Below, piece by piece: positions 24,701-37,512 of a stretch of DNA of 64,000 nt (its first letter is position 1; the number at the start of each line of letters is the position of its first letter). This stretch comes from Camelus ferus (taxonomy: Eukaryota): assembly GCF_009834535.1 (NCBI RefSeq), contig NC_045696.1, forward strand, positions 54,686,001-54,750,000, read 5' to 3'. Made by a program: the position numbers and the translations under genes. The notes under the pieces were generated by a model, which saw only the letters and a program-made list of their open reading frames with translations, was not told where the DNA came from and made no database searches.

Positions 24701-26107
24701 CACATATGTAGTCAAATAATTTATGACAGAGGAGACAAAAATGTACGACGGGGAAAGGACAGTCTCTTCAATAAATGGTGTTGGGAAAACTAGACAGCTA
24801 AATGCAATGTAATGAATACCCTATATACACCATATACAAATACATCAAATATAGAAATTAACTTAAAATGGATTAAACACTTAAATGTAAGGCCTGAAAT
24901 GACAAAACTAGAAGAAAACATAGGTGGTAAGCTCCTTGACATTGTTCTTAATGTTTCTGTGGATCTGACTACAAAAATAAATCCAACAAAAGCAAAAATT
25001 AACAAATGGGACTACATCAAACTAAGAAGCTTCTGAAAATTGAAGGAAACTATCAACATAATGAAAAAGCAACCTACTGAATGGTAGAAGATATATGCAA
25101 ATCACATATCCGATAAGGGGTTAATATCCAAAATATATAAAGAAATCAAACTCTTTAAAAAAAATCTGATTAAAAAGTAGCCAGAGGATCTGAAAAAACA
25201 TTTTTCCAAAGATGAGATACAGATGGCCAACAGGCACATGTAAAGATGCTCAACATAATCATCAGGGAAATGCAAGTCAAAACTACAATGAGATATCACC
25301 TCGCACCTGTCAGAATGTCTACTATCAAAATGACAACAAATAACAAAAGTTGGCAAGGATGTGGAGAAAAGGAACCTCTGTGTGCTACTGGTGGGAATGT
25401 AAATTGGTGCAACCATTATGAAACAGTTTGAGGTTCCTCAAAAATTTAAAAATAGAATTACCATATGATCCAGCAATTCCACTTGAGTATTTTTCAAAAA
25501 AAAAAAAACAAAAAACAAGAACACTAATTCAAAAAGATTATGTACCCCTACGTTCACTGCAGCATTATTTACAATAGCCAAGATACAGAAGCAACCTAAG
25601 TGCCCACCTATGGATGAATAGAAAAAGAAGATGTGATATATACAAAAAATGGAGTATTACTCAGCCATAAAAAGAACAAAACCCTGCCATTTGTGACAAC
25701 ATGTATATCTAGAGGATATTATGCTAAGTGAAATAAATCAGACAGATAAATATCACATGATTTCACTGATATGAGGAATCTAAGAAACAAAGCAAAATAA
25801 GACAAAACCCAGACTCAGATACAGAGAACAGATTCATGGTTGCCAAAGGGGAGGAGGGCTGCTGGGGGTGGGGGCAAAATGGGCAAAGGAGATCAAAAGA
25901 TACAAACTTCCATGAATAAAGTAAGTAAGTCACAGGGAAGTAATGTACAGCATGGGTAACACAGTCAATAATATACTAATGTTGTGTGGTGACAGACAGT
26001 AACTAGACTTATTGTAGTGATCACTTCATAAGGTATATAAATGTTCAATCACTATGTTGCACACATGAAACTAGTAATATTGTATGTCAATTCTACTTTG
26101 ATAAGAA
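24701..26107 (+). mobile_element. 5'-truncated L1 (ORF2 3' end plus 3'UTR, L1MA/laurasiatherian type) with TSD
   Basis: ORF2 remnants (KWIKHLNVRPE...KINKWDYIKLRSF; REMQVKTTMRYHL). A 17-bp TSD AAGGTTAAC(A/C)TAGTTTA lies at 24684-24700 and 26108-26124. Confidence 0.95.
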
Positions 26108-26351
26108 AAGGTTAACCTAGTTTAATTAAATACTTTGTTTAGTGGCTCTACATGGCAGGAAGAGCTGTATACAGCAGAAGCACAGCCAATTCAGCATCAC
26201 ACAGCTGGACAAGAGGTGTGCTCACAGTCAGCAAGGCTCCTGAAAAAGTATTTTAAATTCTTCTGCCATACTTCAAGGTATTTGCTACAAATCACTGACA
26301 CTTCTCCCAAATGGCTACTGCTACACAGTCTGGTTTAATAAGGTTTTATTT

Positions 26352-26695
26352 ACAAATATCATGTGATATCACTTATATGTGGAATCTAAAAAAAAAATAC
26401 AAATGAACTTATTTACAAAACAGAAACAGACTCACAGACATAGAAAACAACTATGGTTATCAAAGGGGAAAGGGAGGAAGGAGGGATAAATTAGGAGTTT
26501 GGTACTGGAAGATACACAGTACTACACAGAAAACAGATGAACAACAAGGACCTACTGTACAGCCCAGGGAACTATATTCAATATCTTTGTACTACTCTGT
26601 AATGGAAAAGAATCACTTTTCTGTACACCTGAAATGCAATATTGTTAATCAAATATACTTCAATCAAAGAGTATATAATGTCAAATAAATTTTTA
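26352..26695 (+). mobile_element. L1 3' end (cetartiodactyl-type 3'UTR)
   Basis: AAATGAACTTATTTACAAAACAGAAACAGACTCACAGACATAG...GGGATAAATTAGGAGTTTGG motif. An imperfect TSD AAGGTTTT(A/G)TTT flanks both sides. Confidence 0.9.
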
Positions 26696-27034
26696 AAAAG
26701 GTTTTGTTTCATTGTTTTGTTTCTGGCCAGATGCTTACACTCACATCTCAGATCCCACTTATTCCTTCCCTACTCCTTGCTTTTCACAACCCTCCGTAAT
26801 TGTTCTATAGCTTGCTGGTCCTTACTCTCACTTTTTGTCTTATCTGTAAGTATGCTATGATCCTGGGTAAAAGAGTAAAGAGTTTCTTGGCTACACATTT
26901 TAAATGACCAACACCGGTTTTCATGACACACACTTGACACAATAGGATTTTTCTAGGAAAAAGTCCAAGCCTATTCATGAAGGTCCAAAAGCAGTTCTGA
27001 ATATAAGAAATTAATCGGACGGCAAAGTGAATAC

Positions 27035-27073
27035 CTAAGTCGGAAGCTTTGCATGGCGAAGTCAGGAAAACAG
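27035..27073 (-). CDS. Candidate 39-nt internal exon (phase 1->1; xVFLTSPCKASDL) of an unidentified minus-strand gene
   Basis: Minus strand reads tatctttccattttag|CTGTTTTCC...CGACTTAG|gtattc. CpGs are retained in the exon and the flanking intron. The frame continues into the 17.3-kb exon. The donor is only moderate. Confidence 0.5.
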
Positions 27074-27494
27074 CTAAAATGGAAAGATAGTTTTACATGG
27101 AAAAAAATTTCGTATAGTATAATAGGTACAAAACTCTTCCAGAACTGAAAATAGTATCATCAAGCTGTTTGAAGACTTTTTTTCGATCATCCTTTAAATT
27201 TGGAAATCTCATTTGCGAACTAAAAGATGATTCTTCAGAGAAACAAAATGCATAGTTATTCTCTACTTCAAAATAGACATATTTAGATATATATATATAT
27301 ACTCTTCCAAATGACAACCTCAGTCTTAGGCAATCAACTAAGCAAAAAGTTTCATTACATTCCAGCACTATGGACAAGCCAACAGAGAAAATTCAAAAGC
27401 ATGGTCCCTTCCCTCTAGCAATTTACAATACATTCAACAAACTTTTACTGTGGCAAACCAATGCACAAATAATTCACTGCAGAACCTTATGAAC

Positions 27495-27529
27495 TATATA
27501 TATAGTATATATATATATATAGTATATAG

Positions 27530-27562
<33 letters not shown>

Positions 27563-27570
27563 TACATATA
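27495..27570. repeat. (TA)n/(CA)n compound microsatellite
   Basis: Directly visible. Confidence 0.95.
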
Positions 27571-28431
27571 TAGGGAACGGATAAGCACAGTTCCATTAAT
27601 ATCTCTAATCTTTACTAAATATTTATAAAATAAATAAATGAACTAATGAACAGGTTATGGTGACTGGGATCAGTTGGGGGGTGGGGGGGTGGGTAGGCTT
27701 TGAGGAACTAGGGCTAATGGAGGACTGTATTCCACGAGCAAGAATGTACCAAGGCAGAGGCCACAGGATGGGAAGGGAAGAGGAAAGTTGTCCTTACCAG
27801 TGGGCAACATAGTAGAAACAAACTCAAATGGAGGGAAAGGTTGGAGGGCTTGAAGAGCACATGTACATTTCTTATAATTATCTGTTTACTCTCTAAAAAA
27901 AGAAATGCTGAATACAAGTTTATGTTACTATCATAATAATTAAATTGTTCCAGGTAATAATTTCACACATTTCATGATATGTGTACCCAAAATAACATTA
28001 ACAGGAAAAATAACTATAATCGACTATTTCAGTCATATTTTGTTTTTTCATTTTCTTGATACCACATTCTCTCCCATCACTTTTTTCCCCCTTGCTTTCA
28101 CTTCTCTTAATCTCATCAGCTTTTGTCTCTGGGTTATTTCTTGGTTCATGCATCCAAGTTTCTCTTTGAACTCCAGATTCTTAACCACCATCTATCTTAT
28201 CTGCTGAGATTTTCTGATCTCAATCTTCTCTGATCTGCAGATCCTTCACTCGTTAGTGGCCAAAACGCATAGCTTCAATATTCTGACTATGCAACATTCA
28301 TGCAGAATGCTAGCCAGGAAATAGACAGGTGCTCTACATCTTTACTGGGTACTCTGAGCAGTATGTTGGTTTCTTTGCTTCTGCCTTTATAATGGAGTCC
28401 TAAGGTGCTATTTGACCTGCACTTGGTATCA

Positions 28432-28847
28432 TTTTTTTTTTAGATTCTACATAAGTGATATCATAGGATATTTGTCTTTCTCTGTCTGACTTACTTTACT
28501 CAATTATGATAATCTCTAGGTCCATCCACATTGCTGAAATGGCATTATTTCATTCTTTTTTAATGGATGAGTAATATGTCATTATATACACACACACCCC
28601 ACATCTTTATCCAGTCACCTGTTGATGGACATTTAGGTTGTTTCCATGTCTTGGCTATTATAAATAGTGCTGCTGTGGGCACTGGAGTACATGTGTCTTT
28701 TTGAATTATAGTTTTTTCCAGATATATGTCCAAGAGTAGAACTGCTGGATCATATAGTAAGCCTATTTCAGTTTTTTTAAGAAACCTCCATACTGTCCTC
28801 CATAGTGACTGCACCAATTTACATTCCTACCAACAGTGTAGGAAGGC
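28432..28847 (-). mobile_element. L1 fragment (ORF2 C-terminus / 3'UTR start)
   Basis: ORF 28560..28817 (LWRTVWRFLKK...YDPAV...IAKTWKQPKCPS) is the L1 ORF2 C-terminus. Confidence 0.93.
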
Positions 28848-29479
28848 TTAATTCACTTCTTGATAATTAAAGAAGCTCTGTGGTGCTATGGCAAAGGAAC
28901 AAAACTTGATGTCAGAAAACCCATGCTTGAATCTTCACCTTTCATTATTTTATAAATTTAAGAAAGCCATTTAAATTGCCTTACCCTGAGTCCTCATCTG
29001 TAAAACTACTAGAAAAAAATTTCTTCACCTTTTACCTTGTAGGCGATTGTAATACCCAATGAAATAAGAGCATTAGAATATTCAAAAAATAGTATAAACA
29101 CATTTGTGTCTCTTTTAAGGTCTGATGCTTGCTACCTAATTTGTAATCTATCCTCATTGTCCTTCTCTAAATATTTTATAGATTTTTGTCTGTTTTTCTT
29201 TTGAGATGCAATGACCAAACAAACTTCAATGCCCAGAAGAGAGCCCGACATGCTGGGCACTCAATTAGCATTGTTTGACAAATGGACTAAATATCCCATA
29301 TTATGAAACACCATTTAACTCAAGATTAATGTTTCTGTATGTTTATTTTCAATTCTCTTCTTTGTCAATGTAATCAAAGGTTATCTCAAAGAATGGTCTA
29401 TAGAAAGTCTGTATCTTTTATAAGACGAACAGATAACTTAATTTATTTTTCTCTAAATATAGCTTTTTATTATTTTTTC

Positions 29480-29717
29480 CTAAGTGAATTACCTTTCATT
29501 GCCCACACTGAATATCATCTACCACTTTTCTGCCCACTCATGCAGGCTGGCAAGTTCTCCCTGCAGTTTATCTCCATCTGCTTGGCATTTAACTACCTGG
29601 AAGAGCTTAGTGTCATCTGCAAACTTGGATAATTCACCATGCATTCCCTTTTCCAAATCATTTATGAAAATGTTAAATAAGACAGGTTCCAAGGCCAATC
29701 TCTAAGAAACCAAACTG
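29480..29717 (-). mobile_element. Ancient CR1/L3-clade LINE fragment (RT catalytic domain)
   Basis: Minus strand translates LEPVLFNIFINDLEKGMHGELSKFADDTKLFQVVKCQADGDKLQGELASLHEWAEKW*M, carrying the CR1 RT motifs PVLFNIFINDL and FADDTKL. Confidence 0.9.
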
Positions 29718-29880
29718 TTTTTACTTTTCCATTTTCTATACAGAAGAGCTCTTAATTATCTCCACATTATGTTTGTATTTCCCCTTGTTAAAGTAAGCTT
29801 TGTATTATCACTATATCCTGATATGCGTATGCATTTATTCTGGGTACTAAGGCTCCTTGAAGTTTGGGGATTTGAAATTA

Positions 29881-32199
29881 CAGGCATACCTCAGAGATAT
29901 AACAGGTTCAGTTCTAAACCACAGCAATAAAGCAAATATCCCAACAAAGTGAGTCACATGAGTTTTTTGGTTTCCCAGTGCATGTAAAAGTTATGCTTAT
30001 ACTACACTATAGTTTATTAAGTGCGCAATAGAATAATGTCTAAAAATGATGTACATACCTTAATTTAAAAAGATTTTACTGTCAAAAAATGCTAACCATC
30101 ACCTGAGCCTTCAGCAAGTCATAATCTTTTTGCTGATGGAGAGTGTTGCCTATACGTGGATGGCTGCTGATTGATCAAAGTGGTGGCTGCTGAAGGTTGG
30201 AGTGGCTGTGGCAATTTCTTAAGGTAAAAATGAATTTTGCCACATTGATTGACCCTTCCTTTTTTGGAATGATTTCTCTGTAGCATGCAATACTGTTTCA
30301 TAGCATTTTAGAACTTTTTTCAAAATTGGACTCAATCCTCTCAAACTCTGCTGCTGCTGTATCAACTAGGTTTACATAATATTTGAAATCCTTTTTTGTC
30401 ATTTCAACAATCTTCACAACATCTTTGCCAAGAGTAGATTATATCTCAAGAAACCACATTCTTTGCTCATCCATTAAAGTCATATCCTGAGACTGCAGCA
30501 ATTAAAGCAACACCTTCAGGCTCCCACTTCTAATTCTAGCTCTCTTGCTCTTTCCACCACATTTGCAGTTATGTCCTCATTGAAGTCTTGAACCCTTCAA
30601 GATTATCCATGAAGGTTGGAGTCAACTTCTTCAAAACTCTTGCTAATGCTGATATTTTGACCTCCTATGAATCACTAACATTCATAAAGGAATCTAAAAG
30701 GGCGGATCCTTTCCAGAAGTTTTCAATTTACTTTGCAAAAATCCACCAGAAGAATCAGTACAGTAGCTATAGCCTTAGGAAATACAAGTCTTAAATAATA
30801 AGAAAGTCAAAATTACACCTTGATCCACAAGCCGCAGAATGGATGTTGTACTAGCAGACATGGAAACAAAATGTATCTTGTTGTTCATCTCCACCAGAGC
30901 AGCTGGGTGACCAGGTGCATTGTTAATGAGCAGTAATACTTCAAAAGACATCTTTTTCTGAGAAGTAGGTCTCAAAAGCGGGCAAACCATTCAGCAAACC
31001 ACACTGTACACATACAGTGCTGTCATCCTGGCTTCTCTGTTTCATTTATTGAACACTAGAGTAGATTTAGCATAATTCTTAGGGGCTCTAGGATTTTTGG
31101 AATGGTAAATAAGCACTAGTTTCAACTGAAAGTCACCAGCTACATTAGTCCCTAACAAGAGAGTTAGCCTGTCATTTGAAGCCAGGTATTGACTTCTCTT
31201 CTCGAGCTATGAAAGTTTAAGATGGCATCTTCTTCCAATATAAAGCTGTTCTATCTACAATGAAAATCTGTTTAGTGTTGGCACATTATCATCTTAGCTA
31301 GATCTTCCAGCTAACTTACTACCACTTCTGCATCAGCTCTCACTGCTTTACCTTGCACTTTTATGCTGTGGAGATGGCCTCTACCCTTCAACCTCATGAA
31401 CCAAGCTCTGCTAGACTCAAACTTTCTTCTTTGAGCTTTTTCACCTCTCGGCCAGCACAGAATTGAAGAGATTTAGGACTTTGATCTGGATTAGGTTTTT
31501 GCTTAAAGAACTGTTGTGGCTGGGTTGATCTTCCATCCAGACCTCTATCAGCAATAAGACTATTTTGCTTTCTTACCATTCTTGTGTTCGCTGGACTAAC
31601 ACTTGCAATTTCCTTCAAGAACTTTTCCTTTGCATCCAGAACTTGACCAACTGTTTGACAGAAGAAGCCCTGCTTTTGGCCTATCTTCTGACATGCCTTT
31701 CTCACTAAGCTTAATCATTTCTATGTTTTGATTTAAAGTGAGAAATGTGCAATCTTTCCTTTCACTTGAACACGTAAGAGGTCACTACAGGATTATTAAT
31801 TGGCCTAATTTCAATATTCTTGTGTCTTAAAGAACAGGGAGCCCTGAGGAAAGGAACAGAAATGGAGAATAGCTGGGTGGTGAAGCAGTCAAAACACACA
31901 CATTTATCAATTCAGTTTGTCGTCTTAGATGGGTGTGGTTTGTGGTACCAAAAAACAATTACATTAAAATCAAAGAACACTGATCACAGATCACCATAAC
32001 AAATACAGTAATAATGAAACAGGTTTGAAATATTCTGAGAAGTACCAAAATGTGACAGAGACATGAAGTGAGCAAATGCTGCTGAAAAAAGTAAGTTGAT
32101 AAACTTGCTGAACAGTGTTGTCATAAACCTTTAATTTGTAAAAACATAATTAACTGCAAAGGGCAATAATACAAAGCACATTAAAACAAGGTATGCTTG
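29881..32199 (-). mobile_element. Tigger1 (TcMar-Tigger/pogo DNA transposon), near full length, transposase decayed
   Basis: TIRs CAGGCATACCT...AGGTATGCTTG, with TA target duplications at 29879-80 and 32200-01. ORF remnants match the HTH region (AKEKFLKEIASVSPANTRMVRKQNSLIAD) and the DDE region (LLLINNAPGHP...DQGVI). Confidence 0.95.
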
Positions 32200-32799
32200 T
32201 ATCCAAAATCTGTTCCTTCCATAAAACTCTTAGGGGACAACAAATCTGAGTAGCAACGAGGAAGCTGAACAGATTAAGACTCTGTACCCTCTGGACTCAA
32301 TTTTCAATTTCTATTTTTGTCTATTTTATATGTCATGACATCAATTTGTGGGTAAAAAAAAAAAAATGTGTAAAGAAATTAAAGCTTTAAAACCACTGGC
32401 CCAAAGAAGCAGCTCTGGAATGAGGATCCCAAGATTTGTGCTTTGCTGAATACTCTTCTATGCGCTACCAGTGTATTCTTAGATGAGTCACCTAACCTTG
32501 CTTATATTCCGCTTCCTAAACTGTAGAGCAAGGAAAATAACTTCTGCCTTGTCTTTCTCACAGAAGTTGTGAGGATGAAGTAAGACAATGTACTTTGAGG
32601 TGAACTGTAGCATCAAAAGGAGTTAGGTTTTATAGATGAATGCAGTAGAAGGTGCAAGGGTACCAGCACTACAGAGGGAGCACAGTTCAGACATTCAAAG
32701 GGGCTGAGTTGGAAAGGGGAATTAATAATGTCAGGAGGCAACTGATACAATGACAGTGAGAGCTCAGTGAGGACTTTAATTTATAATGAGACCAAATTT

Positions 32800-33538
32800 G
32801 AGAGATAATGGCCATTTTTATAGTATTAATTGTTCCAATCTAAGAGCACAGGATATCTTTCCATTTCTTTGTATCACCTTCAATTTCCTTCATTAGTTTT
32901 ATAGTTTTAAGACCATAGGTCTTTCACCTTCTTGGTTAAGTTTATTCTTAGGTATTTTATTCTTTGTGATGTGATTTGAAACAAGAGGGTTTTTTTTAAC
33001 TTTTTGTTTTTTTGATAGTTCATTATTAGGATACAGAAAAGCAACAAAATTCAGTAAATTAATCTTATATTCTGAAACAACTAAATTTTAAGAATTCTAA
33101 TTGATTTTGGTGGAGACCTTAGGGTTTTCTATACAAAGCATCATGTCATTTGCAAATATTGAGTTTTACTTCCTCCCCTCCAATTTGGATGCTTTTTTTT
33201 CTTATCTGATGGCAGTGGCTAGGACTTTCAATACTATGTTAAATAGAAGTGGCAAGAGTGGTCATCCTTGTCTTTCTCCTGAATTTAAACAAAAGGCTTT
33301 CAGCTTTTCATTGTTGAGTACCATATTAGTGTGGTGGGTCTGTCATAAATGGCCTTTATTATGTTCAGATATGTTCACTCCATAACCACTTTGATAAGAA
33401 TTTTTATCATGAATGGTTGTGGAATTTTGTTCAATACTTTTCTTGAGTCTGTTGAGATGATCATATGATTTTTAGCCTTCCTCTTGTTAATGTGGTGTAT
33501 CACATGGTTTGATTTGTGAATAGCGAACCATCCTTATG
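32800..33538 (-). mobile_element. L1 ORF2 (RT region) fragment, apparently interrupting an L2
   Basis: Typical antisense L1 text (GGCTAGGACTTTCAATACTATGTTAAATAGAAGTGG...CATCCTTGTC). Purine-rich L2-like sequence lies on both sides. Confidence 0.9.
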
Positions 33539-33539
33539 T

Positions 33540-34160
33540 GTTTTAATATAAGAGACAATGAAAGCAAGAATGCAAAAAAGATGAAAAGAGACTGTAGTCG
33601 GAGTAAAATATTGAAGATTAATGTTTCTGAGTAATGGGGCTAAGAGTTGGTTGCTGCAGTGAAGTTGAAGTGAAGAATAGAGGATTGAGAAAAATCTAGG
33701 TCTTTTAAAATAGCATACTGTAAAGACTGCACCGCCAATGTAATAGAGAAGGAAGTAGTGAGTTTGATCCCAAGGTCGTAAAAACTAGGAAAGAGCCACC
33801 AGGAGATCCATGGTGGGCAGTGCTAAGGACGGTAGAAAGCAACATCATTAGTTGGTGAGAATCTCAAAGGAAGATCTCAAACAGGAGGATGAGACAATAG
33901 CCCAAGCCAGAAGATCATCACCCCATCCATGGTTCATGGGCTCCTAGGTAAGGGGGTTCAGGGTAAATTTTGTACTCAAAGGAGTGCCTAGATTCAAGCA
34001 TGGAGGTGCAAGTGTACAAATAATTTTGCTAAAAGGTTGACAGTATGAAAAATTTAGCATGTAAGAGGACAAGGTTTCCAGAGTGTCTACGTAGAAAATA
34101 TGGAAGGAGGAGTGAGGCAGTGCAGAGAGCTATATAAAAGCAAAAGTAAAGGGGAGGAGA
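33540..34160 (-). mobile_element. Degraded L2 fragment
   Basis: Purine-rich tract resembling L2 antisense, continuing the sequence at about 32.6-32.8 kb across the L1. Confidence 0.45.
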
Positions 34161-34506
34161 GGTGAGATGGAAAGGGACTCTGTGACCAAGTTTAAGGGTT
34201 AAAAGCACGCTTTGGTCTGGCGAAAAAACATCCTCACTTTTGGTACAGGGGTTTTGATAGTGTCACAGGGAGTATAAGGGCCCTAGATTTCATCTTCCCG
34301 TGTCTCAGAGAGTAGAGATAGTTTTTTCAAAGTTTACGAAGTGACATCAAGGGCCCTATTGTTCCAGAAAGAACATGTCTAAATCTAACCCAGATAATAT
34401 AAAAGAAATGCTCTTTTACATACTAGTGCAATACTAGTGTCCAATTTAGACATACTTTCTGAATATGAGTGACCATACACTCCAATTGAACTCAAAAAAT
34501 TCAAAT

Positions 34507-34557
34507 GTATACACACACACACATCTATACATATATATACACACACACACACACATA
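34507..34557. repeat. (CA)n/(TA)n microsatellite
   Basis: Directly visible. Confidence 0.95.
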
Positions 34558-34715
34558 CTAAAGACCAGTGCACCTATCAACTAATCAGCTTTTTCTAACT
34601 TTATTCTAAGGTTATAATAAAATCCCTTTTTTAATTTTCTGAAGCCAAACTTTAGGGGGGATAAGGCTAAACTTACTTCCTCTTATATGACAAATATGTC
34701 CTCCAGCTTTCCCAC

Positions 34716-35072
34716 TGTTATGGACTAAATGGTGCTTCCCTCCAAAATTCTTATGTTGAAGCCCTAGCCCCCAGTGTGACTATATTCAGAGATGGAGCCT
34801 TTAAAGGTTAAAAGAGGTCATACAGGTGGGGCCCCAATCCAATGACTAGTGTCACTGTAAGAAAGGGAAGAACACCAGGTGTGCTTGTACACAGACAAGG
34901 CCAAGTAGGACACAGAGTGAAGGTGGCCATCTGCAAGCTCAGGAGAGAGGCCTCAGAAGAAACCAACTCTGCCAACATGTTGACCTTGGACTTCCAACTT
35001 CCAGAACTGTAAGAAAATAACTGACTGTTTAAGCCACACAGTTCTGTGGTATTTTCTCATTGTGGCCCTAGC
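34716..35072 (+). mobile_element. MLT1 (ERVL-MaLR) solo LTR, MLT1B/C-like
   Basis: TGTTATGGACTAAATG...GTTGAAGCCCTA...GAGAGGCCTCAGAAGAAACCAAC...CCAGAACTGTAAGAAAATAA...TTTAAGCCAC. Confidence 0.9.
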
Positions 35073-35099
35073 CCATGTTTTCACATAGAGTCATTTCTC

Positions 35100-35242
35100 T
35101 TCATGTTCAAAATTGATAAGGAAACTGAGCCTCAGAGAGGTTAATGGTGTTTCTCAAGACCACACTTCTAGTGGCCATGGATCTGGAATTAAAATCCAGG
35201 CCCACCTGACTGTAAAGTCAATGAGTTTTCTGCTGCCACTAG
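35100..35242 (-). mobile_element. MIR SINE
   Basis: GATAAGGAAACTGAGCCTCAGAGAGGTTAA...AAGACCACAC. Confidence 0.8.
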
Positions 35243-36106
35243 CTTTATTTCTTGCCTCTAGCTGACTGAAAAGACAGCTTTCCCTTCCTCAAATAATTAT
35301 AATGACAATTTTTCAAGATATATATATTTTCTTAAAAGTGCTTTCAGAACATATCATTTGAGACCTGGATGGGCTTAGTTAAGCACTGGCCATCAGCTCC
35401 CCACCTCTGCACCTCAACAACAAAGGGGATATTTTTTAGGTTAAAATAAACAAATTGATCTCTTATGCTATTTTACAATACTTTTATTTTCATTTTGTTG
35501 TTTTACTGTGAACATGTCGCATTCACTGTAAAAACATAGGCAATACAGAAATATATAAAATATTAATGGACAAATACTTTGGGAGCTTTCAGTTTTTCAC
35601 TATGACAAAAAATACAATAAAATATTCTATGTGTTATTTGCAGTTTTATCCAACTAGATGTTTCAGAATAAACTTGTAGAAGTAAACTGAGTCAAAGAGT
35701 ATGTGCATGTTAAGTTTTAACAGGTATTTTCAAATTGTCTTCTAAAACCTCAGAAGTTCTATCCCCAGCCCCTAATATCACCTCACAGAACAAAGTGTGT
35801 GACTAATAAGAAATGCTATTTCCCACATTTTTCTCATAATAAAGTGTTGACACATCCTGAGCATATATCCAGGACATTTCATATTCTTTGAACAGAAAAC
35901 ATAATTTGCATTAAATGTTATCTGTATTTAGAATTGTTTCAAGTTAACATTAAAGGAAAAAATCCAACCCTCCTATTATATTTAGAAATAACGCATCTCC
36001 ACAAACCTTGAAGTAGTGAAGGCTGATTCATCACAATCAATCAGTAAGTTTAATAAAAGTGAAGCAGAAATGCAGGTTGAAACTGATAAGGCAGTATGTG
36101 GCATAT

Positions 36107-36600
36107 TGTAGCAGATACTATTAGTAATGTGCCCAATATCTACACTTTCTTCCTCCTATTAAAACCTTGATTCTGCTCAGGGTTGCTATATGCCTGCCAA
36201 GGTGAAGTCTCACTTCCCAACTCTCTAGTGTGGCTATATGACATAGTTCTAAGCCCAGAGCAGGAAACAGGTATCCACTGTGGACTCTACAAAGACTTTT
36301 GCTCTTGCTGACAGAAGGGATGGAAATCCTTTGCACTGACATCTCCCACCCTACTCTTCCTACACCATCACTTGCATCTGTTTTGATGTAAATGTGAGGC
36401 ATGGCATTACCATAGCCATTTTTGTAAACTTGAAGACAAATAATATGAAGGAAAGGCTAAGAGAATTGCAGAGATGTTAGCCTCAAAATTCTCTAGCACA
36501 GGCTTCTTGATATTTGACATAGATTATACATATGGTTTCTCTTTGTTTTAACCACTATATTGTTTTGGTACTTGAAGATGTAGACATCCCTAACCAAACA
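36107..36600. mobile_element. Old MLT1 (J/K/L-like) solo LTR
   Basis: TGTAGCAG start, CCCTAACCAAACA end, and an internal GTGGCTATATGACATAGTTCT motif. Confidence 0.65.
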
Positions 36601-37512
36601 TATATTACATTAAAAATGTAGATATGGTAAAGATGCTTTTAAAATTGAATTCCAATGAACTCTTATTTTTGAAAAAGAGGTTTGAATGAAGGTGGTGGAT
36701 TATCTCTTTAGAAGACTGTAGCCTTTGGTTGGAAAGCAGTATGATTGAAAGAAAAGAGGTTGAACTTTGGAATCTGACATACTTGAGTTAACATTTCATT
36801 TTTGTCATTTTCTACCTCTTGGGGTGGGGGGGGAAGCATGGTTGCTTCACATATAATTTAAACACATTCCTAAGAGTCTTACAGGTTTGTTCTAAGATTG
36901 CATGTGATGATCACATAGTAGGTAATCAGTACATGTTGGTTCTCATATTCCATTCAAAACTCCTCATTTTGGGGGAAAAAGCAGCCTTGATCAACCTCTC
37001 AGGAGATAATACAATTTCTCATTCTTCACTGGCTTATGAAAAGAGGAAAATAGCAAGAAAATAAGCTAATATAGGAGTTTTTAGTCTAAACCAGATACTT
37101 TAGGATGTGGTGTAAGGACAACACTGATTCAACTCAGTCCTTAAACTTTGTAGAGGTACATCCCCAACAACTGAAAATCAGTGTTCATTGTGAAGGACTA
37201 TGAGATTCCACAAGATCCTGGCCTAGAGATTTAAATTAGGTTCACTCTATTGTACTTACCAATGCAGGAAATGTAAGAAAAAAATAAAACAACGATGGTT
37301 AATTATTTGCATTTAGAACTCTGTAAGAATGACTGTTATCTAATTTTTTTAAGAATGATAACATGAATTTTTTTTAAGAAAAGGGGAAGGTGAATGATCA
37401 TTCACAATGCAAAATGACAAATTCTACAGTTATTTAAGGTTGGCAATTCTTCCAGTTGATCGAAAATAAAAGTATGTCTTTTCTGGTTGCTTTGCAACTA
37501 AGAACCATGTTT

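Noticed and set aside
37260..37320. 61-nt minus-strand segment with CAG acceptor and TTG|GTAAGT donor
   Set aside because: Stops in all three frames and a short pyrimidine tract. A non-coding exon cannot be excluded but is unsupported.
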